Positions 17,374-26,326 of a DNA stretch of 64,000 nt are shown piece by piece. Position 1 is the stretch's first letter. Every line of letters begins with the position of its first letter. Source of the DNA: Hydrogenovibrio sp. (GTDB lineage: Bacteria; Pseudomonadota; Gammaproteobacteria; Thiomicrospirales; Thiomicrospiraceae); assembly GCA_965140365.1 (NCBI GenBank), contig OZ223196.1. One strand, given 5' to 3'. The position numbers and the translations under genes were made by a program. The notes under the pieces are model-generated. The model made no database searches. It was not told the origin of the DNA and worked only from the letters and a program-made list of their open reading frames with translations.

Positions 17374-20300
17374 AACAGCTCAAACGCATCTCATTGGTTC
17401 AATTCTATCTCCATGAAGCAGTTGATATCGAGGTAGAAGGAGCAACTGCCTTCTTGGGACCAAATGGCTCAGGTAAATCGTCGACACTTGATGCTATACA
17501 GATCGCTATGCTTGGAGGCAATCAGCAGTATATCCGGTTTAATACTCAGTCAGTATCAGCGAAGCAGCGGCGTAGCTTAGCTGGATACTGCCTTGGTATG
17601 CTTCGCAATCCAGAGAAAGATAGTGAAGTGATTGGACGGGCGCGTGACGAGGCTAGGACCTACATCGTTTTAGTCTTTGGCAACGATATGGAGACTGAAT
17701 GGGTTTCTGCTGGAATCTGCATTGAAGCTGATTCAGAAACTGATGAGCATGAGGTTAAAGGCCTTTTTGTACTTCCGGGGATAGCTCTGAAGGCTGACGA
17801 CTGTATTGTTTATGATGGTAGTGATCAGCGCCCTATTCCATTTGCAGACTTTCGAGAAAATGCACGCGAGCAAGCTCGGAAGAGCGGGCGAACTCCTATC
17901 TTTACGGATAAGTCGAGTGAATATGTCCAGGAGTTGCTATATTCGCTGAATGGCGAAAGAATGCCCAATTCCCGACAGTTTATGTCGTCTTTTGTGAAGT
18001 CGATGACTCTGAAGAATGTCGATTCGATTGATCAATTTGTCCGAGATTACGTCGTTGAATCTAATCCAGTTGATATTGCGACGTTTCGCAAGCAGGTCGA
18101 GCAATTTATCGCTTTACGTGATCTGATCATGAGAACAAAGGCAAGAATTTCACAGCTTGAAGGTATCATTACTGACTTTGATAGAGCACAGCAGGCAGAA
18201 TGTCGAATCGCAACTCTTGAAGCCATAAAGGCGGTCTTCAATGTCGAATGGTTAGGAGAGAAGATTGACAATATTGAAACCCAGATTGATACACTCAAAT
18301 TCCAGATAAAAACTGCAGAAGGCCTTGCAGCTTATGCGAAGGAACAGCGAGATCTCAAACAAGATGAAATTACCCAACTGAAGGTTCGCTTGGAGAGCGA
18401 CCACAAAGAGCAACTTCGGCAACGTCTTGAAGATCAGATTAGCTCCCAGCGCGAACTAATCACTGCCTACCAACATCCGGAGATATCTCGGGCCAACCGC
18501 CTTATCAGTTCGTTAAGAGAATTGATCGACGAACCGAGTTTTTCTGCTATTCGCAGTCTTATGAGTACAGTGGTTGATGCGTTGGTAGAGGCTCGGGGAA
18601 GCGAAGACCCGGGAAGCGCGTTGAGCAAATCAATTTGGAAGCACGACGGAAACCTTTCACAAATTCGCATCTTTTCCCAGTCTAATCTGACTACGATCCA
18701 AAAAAAGCAAAATGAACTGACCGAGGAACGTGATGCAATTCGACGTCGGATTTCAGCGGCAGCTCAAACAGGACGCTTGTTGAATGATGGTGCAGCGCGG
18801 TTACTAGATATACTTAATCACGCCGGTATGGAGGCTAAGCCTCTGTCGGCGTTACTACGTATTTCGGATCCAAGCTGGGCTCCGGCATTGGAGGCTTATT
18901 TAGGTGGCGACCGTGATGCTCTGATTATCACGGAAGGAAATACCCGTGAGGCGGTCAAACTCTTACGCCAGGCGAGGCAGAGTGGCATTCAGGTAAGCGG
19001 TGCGGCAATCATCCAGCCATTTCATCTCCGCAATATTGACACTTCCGCTAAAGGTGAGGAATTCGCATTGGGTGTTTTTGAGACAGATGACGAAACGGCG
19101 CGCCGTTTCGTTTGGCAGAAGTTCGGAAGCATGCGTTTAGTCGATACGGAACTGGAGCTCGAAACTCATCCAAGAGCAATTACCCGTGACGGAATGCTGA
19201 GTCAGGGAGGTTTGACCAAATCCATCCGTATCGTACCTATTAGTGATCTTCGTATAGGTAAGGAAGTCCAGGACACATCTCTGTTAACGAGACATGCATC
19301 GGAGCTCCAGGGAGAGCTGGAACAGTTTGAAAAGCACAGGAAACGTGTGGAAGGGCTCGAACAAGCTCTTTTTACCAACGCCAACGATGACGGACAAGGT
19401 GTCACTGAGAAACTTGCTGAAGCTAATGAGGTGATTAACCTGGCAAACCAGAAACTCAAGAGTCTAGATGTTTCACACCTAGACGAGTTGAAGTCTCTTC
19501 TTAATACTGCTGTCTCGAAACATTCAGAGTATGACAAACAATATACGGAGCACGATCGACTTGCGGCAGGATTAAAAGAGCAAATAGGGCAATGTTGGGA
19601 ACGGAAAAAGCAACAGGAACGACAGTTCCCAGCAATACGCCAAGCTGAACATGAAGCTGTAACCAACGCTTTGGTCAATAAAGAGTGGCTGGACAGTATG
19701 AAAGACGAGATTGAGCGCGCCGAAACCAGCTATGATTTGCGACTTAAAGAGGTGGATAGGAAACTTGACTATCACACTCCTCGCTTGAGGAATGCCGAGG
19801 AAAAAGCCTCTCTTGAGCTTGCCCGTTATGTTCAGGACGAGCGTCTAGATGTTCAAGTTGCAGATATGGAATGGCATGAACGTTACGACTGGGTTCTAGA
19901 GGAGAAAATGAAGCTTTTTGATACGGAATTGCATCGGTACGAAGAGGAAGCTGAGCTAGCCCGTCAGGCGTCTGAGGAAACGCTGCGCTCGGACATCGCC
20001 ATGTCTCTCCATGATAGATTCAAAGAAATGGAGTTGGAGCGCCGGGAGAGAAACAAAATACTTGAGTCTTGTCCTTCATTCACTGGCGGAGAACGTTACA
20101 AGTTTACGGCTAAGGTTGTGCCACAATATGAAGCATTGGTGCGATATATCAACCAAATTGCTCAAGACGACAACAATTTTTCTTTGTTTGCAGAAAATCC
20201 CGATGAGATTAATGAAACACTTCGCGATCTCGTAGAAGCCGCGGCTGACTCAGGTAACGCAAGTGGGGTTCTAGATTATCGACAGTTTTATACTTTTGAT

Positions 20301-20792
20301 TTAGACATCCTAGTCGATGGTAAAAGAGTCGATCGAATGAGTAACCGGCAAGGGGCGGGATCCAATGGTGAACATATAGCACCTATGTATGTTGCTGCGG
20401 GCGCAGCTCTTGCAAAGGCTTATCGGCTCCACAGTAACAAAGGGAAGCAACGCGGTATTGGACTTATTTGCCTTGATGAGGCTTTTCATGGCATGGACAC
20501 AATCAACGCTATAGCTACAGCACGTTTCCTACAAAGCATTGGCTTGCAGCTCATTATGGCGGGGCCGGAGCTTGAACGCACTAAGCTGGCACCTGTAACT
20601 CAGACTATCTATGACCTGGATCGAGAAGGTTTGGATCTACAAATGGAACGGACCAAGTTCAAGGAGGCAGCCAACAAGCTGATGGTAAGTGATATGCCTG
20701 ACGAGAACCCTGAAATTATGAAAGGTGCGTATCAGCAACTCGGACTTGAACAGCCAACAGAATATGCACTTTCCAATGATGGTGGACAATGA
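17370..20792 (+). CDS. jetC: Wadjet JetC (SMC/MksB-like ATPase)
   Basis: 1140 aa with N-terminal Walker A FLGPNGSGKSSTLDAIQ, long coiled-coil-like E/K/L/Q-rich middle, a C-terminal signature-like GAGSNGE and Walker B/D-loop GLICLDEAFHGMD. Confidence 0.88.
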   Translation: MKQLKRISLVQFYLHEAVDIEVEGATAFLGPNGSGKSSTLDAIQIAMLGGNQQYIRFNTQSVSAKQRRSLAGYCLGMLRNPEKDSEVIGRARDEARTYIVLVFGNDMETEWVSAGICIEADSETDEHEVKGLFVLPGIALKADDCIVYDGSDQRPIPFADFRENAREQARKSGRTPIFTDKSSEYVQELLYSLNGERMPNSRQFMSSFVKSMTLKNVDSIDQFVRDYVVESNPVDIATFRKQVEQFIALRDLIMRTKARISQLEGIITDFDRAQQAECRIATLEAIKAVFNVEWLGEKIDNIETQIDTLKFQIKTAEGLAAYAKEQRDLKQDEITQLKVRLESDHKEQLRQRLEDQISSQRELITAYQHPEISRANRLISSLRELIDEPSFSAIRSLMSTVVDALVEARGSEDPGSALSKSIWKHDGNLSQIRIFSQSNLTTIQKKQNELTEERDAIRRRISAAAQTGRLLNDGAARLLDILNHAGMEAKPLSALLRISDPSWAPALEAYLGGDRDALIITEGNTREAVKLLRQARQSGIQVSGAAIIQPFHLRNIDTSAKGEEFALGVFETDDETARRFVWQKFGSMRLVDTELELETHPRAITRDGMLSQGGLTKSIRIVPISDLRIGKEVQDTSLLTRHASELQGELEQFEKHRKRVEGLEQALFTNANDDGQGVTEKLAEANEVINLANQKLKSLDVSHLDELKSLLNTAVSKHSEYDKQYTEHDRLAAGLKEQIGQCWERKKQQERQFPAIRQAEHEAVTNALVNKEWLDSMKDEIERAETSYDLRLKEVDRKLDYHTPRLRNAEEKASLELARYVQDERLDVQVADMEWHERYDWVLEEKMKLFDTELHRYEEEAELARQASEETLRSDIAMSLHDRFKEMELERRERNKILESCPSFTGGERYKFTAKVVPQYEALVRYINQIAQDDNNFSLFAENPDEINETLRDLVEAAADSGNASGVLDYRQFYTFDLDILVDGKRVDRMSNRQGAGSNGEHIAPMYVAAGAALAKAYRLHSNKGKQRGIGLICLDEAFHGMDTINAIATARFLQSIGLQLIMAGPELERTKLAPVTQTIYDLDREGLDLQMERTKFKEAANKLMVSDMPDENPEIMKGAYQQLGLEQPTEYALSNDGGQ

Positions 20793-22027
20793 TGTTGGGC
20801 TCAGGAGGGGATGCATGTGATAAGAGTATGCGTCGTCTTATCAAAAAGGCTGCGCGTGCTATTTTCGCAGATGGCGCACTGGAACCATCAGTGGAAAAGT
20901 TTTCGGTGAGTTTGCCAGCAACGAAATCGAGCTTGCAGGAGTACTATCGTCTTGAGCGCTTTGCAGATAGAGAGGAGTATCACGCGCGACTTCAGATCTA
21001 CTCAAAGGTAAAAGCGATAGCGGTAGATTGGGACCTCGGTGCAGGAGATAGAGGCCAGCTTGCTAGAGTAACGCTACTCGACCCTAAAGCAGTAGTGAAT
21101 ATCCTTGGTGAAGAATTACCTTGGGAAGTCGCATCGCGGGCCATTGCAAAAATAGAATCTGTCGCTAGAGAAGGGCTTCCTAATGTTGACCGGATTGTTG
21201 ATGACTGGCGTCGTGGGAAGGCCCCTGCCGGAGTGGCAGCCGAGCGTGCGAATCAACTGGTCGATAGCATGAATATCATTGATGCGGCGCAGAAACTTTC
21301 TGAAGGTGGACAAGATGTTTTGCTCCGGAAGCTGAGCGCCAGACTATTCCACGATAGTAAAAGGATAGAAGCGCTCTCTCGTCAGCTTGCTTTTCTTCTT
21401 GGAGAACCTACAGAAAGCGAACAAGAGGATGTTTTTGCAAGGTTGGGTTTGGTAAAACATCCTCAACCTATGCTTCTGAGTGGTCCAACGGGTTGCAAAA
21501 TTCAAATTGATGGGGAGGCCATTCCACTGGCGTACCCTTATCTAGGCGTCAGGCCGGACAATATTAGAGGTCTGATTTGTTCAAGTGATCGTATTCGGCG
21601 TGTTCTTACCATTGAGAATCTTGCTAGCTTCAACGAAGCAGCTGACAGCTCAGAAAACGCGAAGGATTTGCTGATCGTTTATCTTGCTGGTAACCCTACA
21701 CCATCTTTTCTTGCTGCATACAATCGAATACTTGGATCGTTAGAACCCACGAAAATACTGCACTGGGGCGACATTGACCTAGGAGGGTTTAGGATTGCGG
21801 CAAGGTTGGCCGATAGCGTCAAAACTATGGGCTACACTCTTGATCTTTGGCGAATGAATCCCTTAGAGGTAGTTACAGGCCAGCAAAAAACCGCTCCACA
21901 AAAGAAAATCGAAGAAGTATCAACAATATGTAAGAACTACGGATGGAGCAAGGAAGCCGAAGGACTGCAGAATTCCCCAGTTTTTCAGGAGCAAGAATTC
22001 ATCGACTGGGTTTCTCCGAATGATTAA
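20789..22027 (+). CDS. jetD: Wadjet JetD (Toprim nuclease subunit)
   Basis: 412 aa. The C-terminal Toprim-type acidic motifs are VLTIENLASFNE and LHWGDIDLGGFRI. It overlaps the jetC stop by 4 nt. Confidence 0.82.
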   Translation: MMLGSGGDACDKSMRRLIKKAARAIFADGALEPSVEKFSVSLPATKSSLQEYYRLERFADREEYHARLQIYSKVKAIAVDWDLGAGDRGQLARVTLLDPKAVVNILGEELPWEVASRAIAKIESVAREGLPNVDRIVDDWRRGKAPAGVAAERANQLVDSMNIIDAAQKLSEGGQDVLLRKLSARLFHDSKRIEALSRQLAFLLGEPTESEQEDVFARLGLVKHPQPMLLSGPTGCKIQIDGEAIPLAYPYLGVRPDNIRGLICSSDRIRRVLTIENLASFNEAADSSENAKDLLIVYLAGNPTPSFLAAYNRILGSLEPTKILHWGDIDLGGFRIAARLADSVKTMGYTLDLWRMNPLEVVTGQQKTAPQKKIEEVSTICKNYGWSKEAEGLQNSPVFQEQEFIDWVSPND

Positions 22028-22222
22028 ATGGGAGGGTGTGAAGATTCTGAGCACTCTCGATTGATCCCCTTTATATTGTTGTTTCATTCAAGATAGATTG
22101 AACAGTAAGAATGTTCAATCCTTCCCAAAAACCAGTTCGGCTGCTTCATGTTTAAACTTAATAGAAAATGTACGTCTTTGTCTTTTCGTGGAATACCTTA
22201 TTGTTGGTTTCATCTAGATATT

Positions 22223-22507
22223 TTAATCAAGTGCCCGACTCCTCTCCTCAAAATAATAAGCCAAGTATCGCCGTACCTGCTCCGGCCTGATCTTTTTCTG
22301 CAATCGCTTATCGAAAAAATTAACAATATTCGATTTCTCTTTATCACAAGCAGAATATTTGTACTTTTGAATTCGAAAGAATAACGCATCCTCCACCCAA
22401 TACGGAAACTCCAAATAAGGCGTTTTAATCATATAGCTAAACGTATTAGTGACTTGACAGGCCTTCACAAAGATTTCCGGCCAGCCCTGCAATAAATGAT
22501 AAAGCAT
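22223..22507 (-). pseudogene. relic 3' fragment of a second, diverged tniQ/tnsD-like gene
   Basis: The 94-aa translation ...LLQGWPEIFVKACQVTNTFSYMIKTPYLEFPYWVEDALFFRIQKYKYSACDKEKSNIVNFFDKRLQKKIRPEQVRRYLAYYF aligns colinearly with the C-terminus of the intact TniQ (29214..30347: ...LLQDWPEGFIKACKATNTSTHLIKTPYLEFPFWVTDTLFFHIKQYKYFACDEEKSNIVNFFKRRLKKKIKPTQIQRYLEYYF). Confidence 0.85.
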
Positions 22508-22509
22508 TG

Positions 22510-22725
22510 TGACCCTCCCTTAAAATAGGGGCATATTAAATTAGAGTTCTCCGGTTTATACTGAGCAAAACGGAGAGCATCATGAAAAAGTCACGTTATA
22601 GCGAAACACAGATCGTCAAGATTCTTAAAGAGGTCGAAGCCGGACGGCTGGTCAAAGAGGTTTGTCGGGATTATGGTATCTCGGACGCCACCTACTACAA
22701 CTGGAAAGCGATTAACTCCAGGTAA
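22510..22725 (+). mobile_element. IS3-family insertion sequence remnant (left end plus truncated orfA)
   Basis: TGACCCTCCC... terminus abuts the truncated tniQ relic. A 47-codon ORF (22582-22725), MKKSRYSETQIVKILKEVEAGRLVKEVCRDYGISDATYYNWKA..., matches the HTH N-terminus of IS3-family OrfA, and homology ends abruptly. Confidence 0.7.
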
Positions 22726-23185
22726 AGTATTTTTGAAAAGGCTAAGGTCTTTTCTTCAAAACCAACAACATTCCTTTTTTATTGCTTCCGGAAGTGACGC
22801 CAGCATATTAAATCTGTTTAGTGAGTATCACGAACCTTTTTTTAAAGCGGCTATTCAGTTAAAGGTTGATGTTAATGAAGAGCTGAAGCATCTGAATTGC
22901 TACTAATTTAGTAAGTTCACTGGAGGAATTGCAAAAATACACCTCCGTTATGAAAATTTTTACTACTCAAAAAAAATGGCGACAATACTCTATTCGGTTA
23001 TGTCAAAGTTTATTAAAAATTAATAGCTTTGGACATTAGAATTATGTACGAAATAACCTAGTAGAGCCCGGAGAAAAGAAATTAATGCTCCCAAATACTT
23101 TTATAATTAAATGGTGCGATTTGAAAAGTTTTGAAGATGAGTGATTTAAAGTCTGGTTTTTTAAAAGGCATATAAGGTTAATTTT

Positions 23186-24649
23186 ATGAGAAGCATCGGA
23201 GCCGTAATATTTGATTTAGATGATACTTTAGTAGCTACTAGCACACTGGAGGACTATAGAGTAAAAGGCGATAGGCAGGGCTTAGATGCAAATATACATA
23301 AATCTGTATTATTTAAGCCAGTGAAAGGAATGCTTCAAGCAATAAAAGACCGTGGTTTACCTTTAGGACTGGTCACTAACTCTCCTAGATGGTATGCAGA
23401 AAAGTTATTAAGGTATCATGAGATTGATATTTTTGATGCAGTGGTTTGCTATGACGATGTTGGTCAGGTTGGCATGAAACCATCACCTAATGGAATTAAG
23501 TTAGCTTTAGAAAAATTAGGTTTTGAGCATGGAGATAGGGCTGTCTATATAGGAGACCACGATAATGACTTCGTGGCCGCTTACGAAGCTGGAATAAAAC
23601 CCCTGGCCCCTTCATGGGCAAAAAGAAATCCAATTTCAAAAATACCGGCGGTGATTATTAGCTCTTCTACTCTCATTGATAATTTAAGCGATTATGAAGA
23701 ATTAAAGCTGATTGCCGATAGAACAGCGAAGCACAAGGCGTTTGATTTCCCTAAGAAACAAATGAATTTCATGCCGTTAAATGAAGATGGTAATCTTGTG
23801 CCAATTGAAAAAAATAAAATCAAGCTTATTACCTTTGGAAGGTACTTCAGCCAAAAATCAGCCTTAACCGCAAAATTACATGAAAGTCATCAGTTATCAA
23901 AGGATATTGTTGCAAAGGAAGAAAGTGAGACATATGTTATTCCTCAATATTATGTGAATTTAATTGCAAGGGTGGTAGAGCAATTACCATTGTATTTGTT
24001 CAGGGGAACGGGAAAAGTTTTTGATATAGTTACAGTTGTACCAGCCAAAAAAGAAAAGAATCCTAGGCTTGAAAATATGCTCAAAAGGGTTGCTAAATTG
24101 AATAGCTCAGAATCGATTTTTATTGAGGATTTATTTGAGTTTTCGAAAGGTGCACCGAGTTTAAAAACTTTGGGAGCAAAAGCAAATCGAGAAAGAGCAC
24201 TTCACGAAACGCTAAGCATAAAACAAAAGCATATTGGTTTGGTGAATGGAAAATCTATTCTGATTATTGACGATGTTATTACAACTGGCGCTACATTTAG
24301 CCATATATTTTCTCTTCTTGAAGGGGCAGGGGTAAGTTTTACCTTCGGAGCATGTTTAGCAAAGACGGTTAGTACATATGAAGACGCTCCTATTTGTCCG
24401 AAGTGCGGCAGGCAGATGCGAGTTAGAAAGCGCAAAGATGGATCTGGTATTCATTTTTATGGTTGTACTGGCTATTTTGAAGCAGAAAATAAGTGTAGTC
24501 ACACAGAGTCCATAAAGGTTAAAGATTGTCCCAGTTGTGGAAGGAAGATGGCCAAACAATATAACTCAAAAGAAAACAAGGTGTTTCTTGGGTGCGAGGG
24601 ATTTAGGGACAAAACAAACCCGTGTTCATATGTTGAGAGTTATAGGTAA
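23186..24649 (+). CDS. fusion protein: HAD-superfamily phosphatase + ComF-like phosphoribosyltransferase (PRTase) + two topoisomerase-type C4 zinc ribbons
   Basis: HAD motifs are VIFDLDDTLV (I), LVTNS (II), KPSP (III) and IGDHDNDFVAA (IV). The PRPP-binding loop is SILIIDDVITTGATF. The zinc ribbons are CPKCGRQM...FYGCTGYFEAENKCSH and CPSCGRKM...FLGCEGFRDKTNPCSY. Confidence 0.8.
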   Translation: MRSIGAVIFDLDDTLVATSTLEDYRVKGDRQGLDANIHKSVLFKPVKGMLQAIKDRGLPLGLVTNSPRWYAEKLLRYHEIDIFDAVVCYDDVGQVGMKPSPNGIKLALEKLGFEHGDRAVYIGDHDNDFVAAYEAGIKPLAPSWAKRNPISKIPAVIISSSTLIDNLSDYEELKLIADRTAKHKAFDFPKKQMNFMPLNEDGNLVPIEKNKIKLITFGRYFSQKSALTAKLHESHQLSKDIVAKEESETYVIPQYYVNLIARVVEQLPLYLFRGTGKVFDIVTVVPAKKEKNPRLENMLKRVAKLNSSESIFIEDLFEFSKGAPSLKTLGAKANRERALHETLSIKQKHIGLVNGKSILIIDDVITTGATFSHIFSLLEGAGVSFTFGACLAKTVSTYEDAPICPKCGRQMRVRKRKDGSGIHFYGCTGYFEAENKCSHTESIKVKDCPSCGRKMAKQYNSKENKVFLGCEGFRDKTNPCSYVESYR

Positions 24650-24651
24650 AT

Positions 24652-25543
24652 ATGGCTTCAAAAAATACGGAATCCCTCCTCGCATTGCGGTTTTTGAAGG
24701 GCGTTGGGAAAAAGTATCTAAATCAGATATCTTTATCGGCTGAGATAGCAGGCATTTCAGTAGAAAGCGCTTTTTTTTCCAGTAAATTGGGGCAAGGTAA
24801 ATTTGATGCTACTGAAGTGCAAGAGGCTTATGAGAAAGCTAAAGAGCAGATACGTATAGCAGAGGAAATGGGGCACAACATTATATCTAAGCTTGATGAT
24901 GTGTATCCAGATTCACTGAAAGAGTTGTCAGATGCTCCACCTGTATTATTTTGTGCAGGAAATTTATCTATCCTAAAAGAAAATATTGTCACTGTTATTG
25001 GAACGAGGTCTCCTACCGAACATGGGAAATATATTGCAAAAAAAGTGACTGATTGGTTTGTAGAAAATAACTGGGTAATTGCTAGTGGGCTTGCGAAAGG
25101 GATAGACACAATTGCGCATAAATCATGCTTAGAACGAGGCGGAAAGACAATTTCAGTGTTAGCTCATGGTTTGGAAAAAATATATCCAGCAGAAAACAGA
25201 GCGTTAGCTGAAGAAATTATTTCGTCAAATGGACTTTTAGTAACGGAATACGGGTATAACTCGTATGTTGGCAAATCCAATTTTGTTTGAGAGAGATCGT
25301 ATCCAAGCTGCCCTAGCAAAAGCAGTTCTGCTTGTTCAGTCCGGTTTAAATGGTGGGAGTTTGCATGCCTCAAGATCGATAATTAATTATGGTAGATATT
25401 TAGTTGTAGTTGGGCAGTCAAAAACCGATGTTGCTAATCAAGAACCAAATATTATGGCTAATGAATTACTGATAAATGGGGAAAAAAGTCAAAGGTTAAA
25501 AGGCCTCTTTATGGTGAGTACGGCGTTGAGTCTCAATATTTGA
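24652..25543 (+). pseudogene. DprA/Smf-like Rossmann-fold protein, split by a +1 frameshift near 25280-25290
   Basis: Frame 1 (24652-25290) reads ...YPDSLKELSDAPPVLFCAGN...VTVIGTRSPTEHGKYIAKKV...ASGLAKGIDTIAHKSCLERGGKTISVLAHGLEKIYPAENRALAEEI...VTEY...KSNFV*. Frame 2 (to 25543) continues the family pattern: ERDRIQAALAKAVLLVQSGLNGGSLHASR...GRYLVVVGQ. It starts 2 nt after the PRTase stop. Confidence 0.75.
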
Positions 25544-25618
25544 ATAAAGAGCTTTTTTAGGGAATAGAGTTTAGGTTGCGAGGAAGATATTTCAAAGTAA
25601 AAACTTATTATTTATTGT

Positions 25619-26326
25619 TTAAGTTATTGTTTCTTCTATCAAAGACCTGAAATCATGTAGGAGACTATTTTCAGGTGCTCCTCCATAAACAAGCCAACTG
25701 AAATGATCATCCAGTATTTCCAAAGCTTCATCTGATAGTTTGTATCCCGTAAATTCATACGACATTGAGTGAGCACCGATTGCTTGGGTGTGATCCAGTC
25801 TTAAAATCGATGATTCCCCATTTTTTATCGGAAGGTGATCCCACTGAAACTGTGGATATTCGCAATGCTTAACTCTTTCTACAAATGCTTCTGAATAGCC
25901 AGCCCTTGAGTCTTTTTTTGAGGCACCATAATACGGTGAAACTAAAACGGTTGGAGAGGTGGAATGGTTTGGCTTGCCTTGTGTTAGTTTTTTATCAATA
26001 TCTACTGGATTGGCATTTCCTATAACCAAACAATACCTTCTTTTAGCTCTATATGCAGCCCAAATCTCTGAGTCAGGTTTTGTCATTGCAGCAACAGGTA
26101 AAGAGGAAGCTTTAAATTTTTGTCCTACAGATAAGGGCTTAATAACAATGTCAGCCCCACTGTGATCAGTAGCGTTTGTTCTTCCAATGGGTTCAAAGGA
26201 GTATGGTCTATGATCTACATGAGGGATGAAAGCCTTGATTAGTGCCCCCCTAACTAAATTTTTCTCTGGGTGATCAATCCACCAGTTGTTTGATAGATTT
26301 TGTATACAGTCATCAGGATAAGTCAT
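25619..26326 (-). CDS. hypothetical protein, putative toxin partner of PanA (possible extended MazF/PemK-like fold)
   Basis: Overlaps the upstream Panacea-domain gene by 4 nt (ATGA). Block order VRGALIKAFIPH / KRRYCLVIGN / VLVSPYYG / SSILRLDHTQAIG...GYKLSDEALEILDDHF resembles the MazF/PemK motif order. This is my reading only. Confidence 0.4.
   Translation of the reverse strand: MTYPDDCIQNLSNNWWIDHPEKNLVRGALIKAFIPHVDHRPYSFEPIGRTNATDHSGADIVIKPLSVGQKFKASSLPVAAMTKPDSEIWAAYRAKRRYCLVIGNANPVDIDKKLTQGKPNHSTSPTVLVSPYYGASKKDSRAGYSEAFVERVKHCEYPQFQWDHLPIKNGESSILRLDHTQAIGAHSMSYEFTGYKLSDEALEILDDHFSWLVYGGAPENSLLHDFRSLIEETIT

Noticed and set aside
22673-22906. A 77-aa ORF in the track.
   Set aside because: It starts inside the IS3 OrfA stump in another frame and runs across the truncation junction into AT-rich spacer. 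It has no RBS or motif and is most likely spurious. The same applies to 22148-22384, which overlaps the tniQ relic on the opposite strand.
22726-25543. A PRTase-associated retron, since PRTase effectors occur in some retron types.
   Set aside because: There is no reverse-transcriptase ORF and no convincing msr/msd-like inverted repeats in the 460-bp upstream spacer. The DprA partner points to a different system type.
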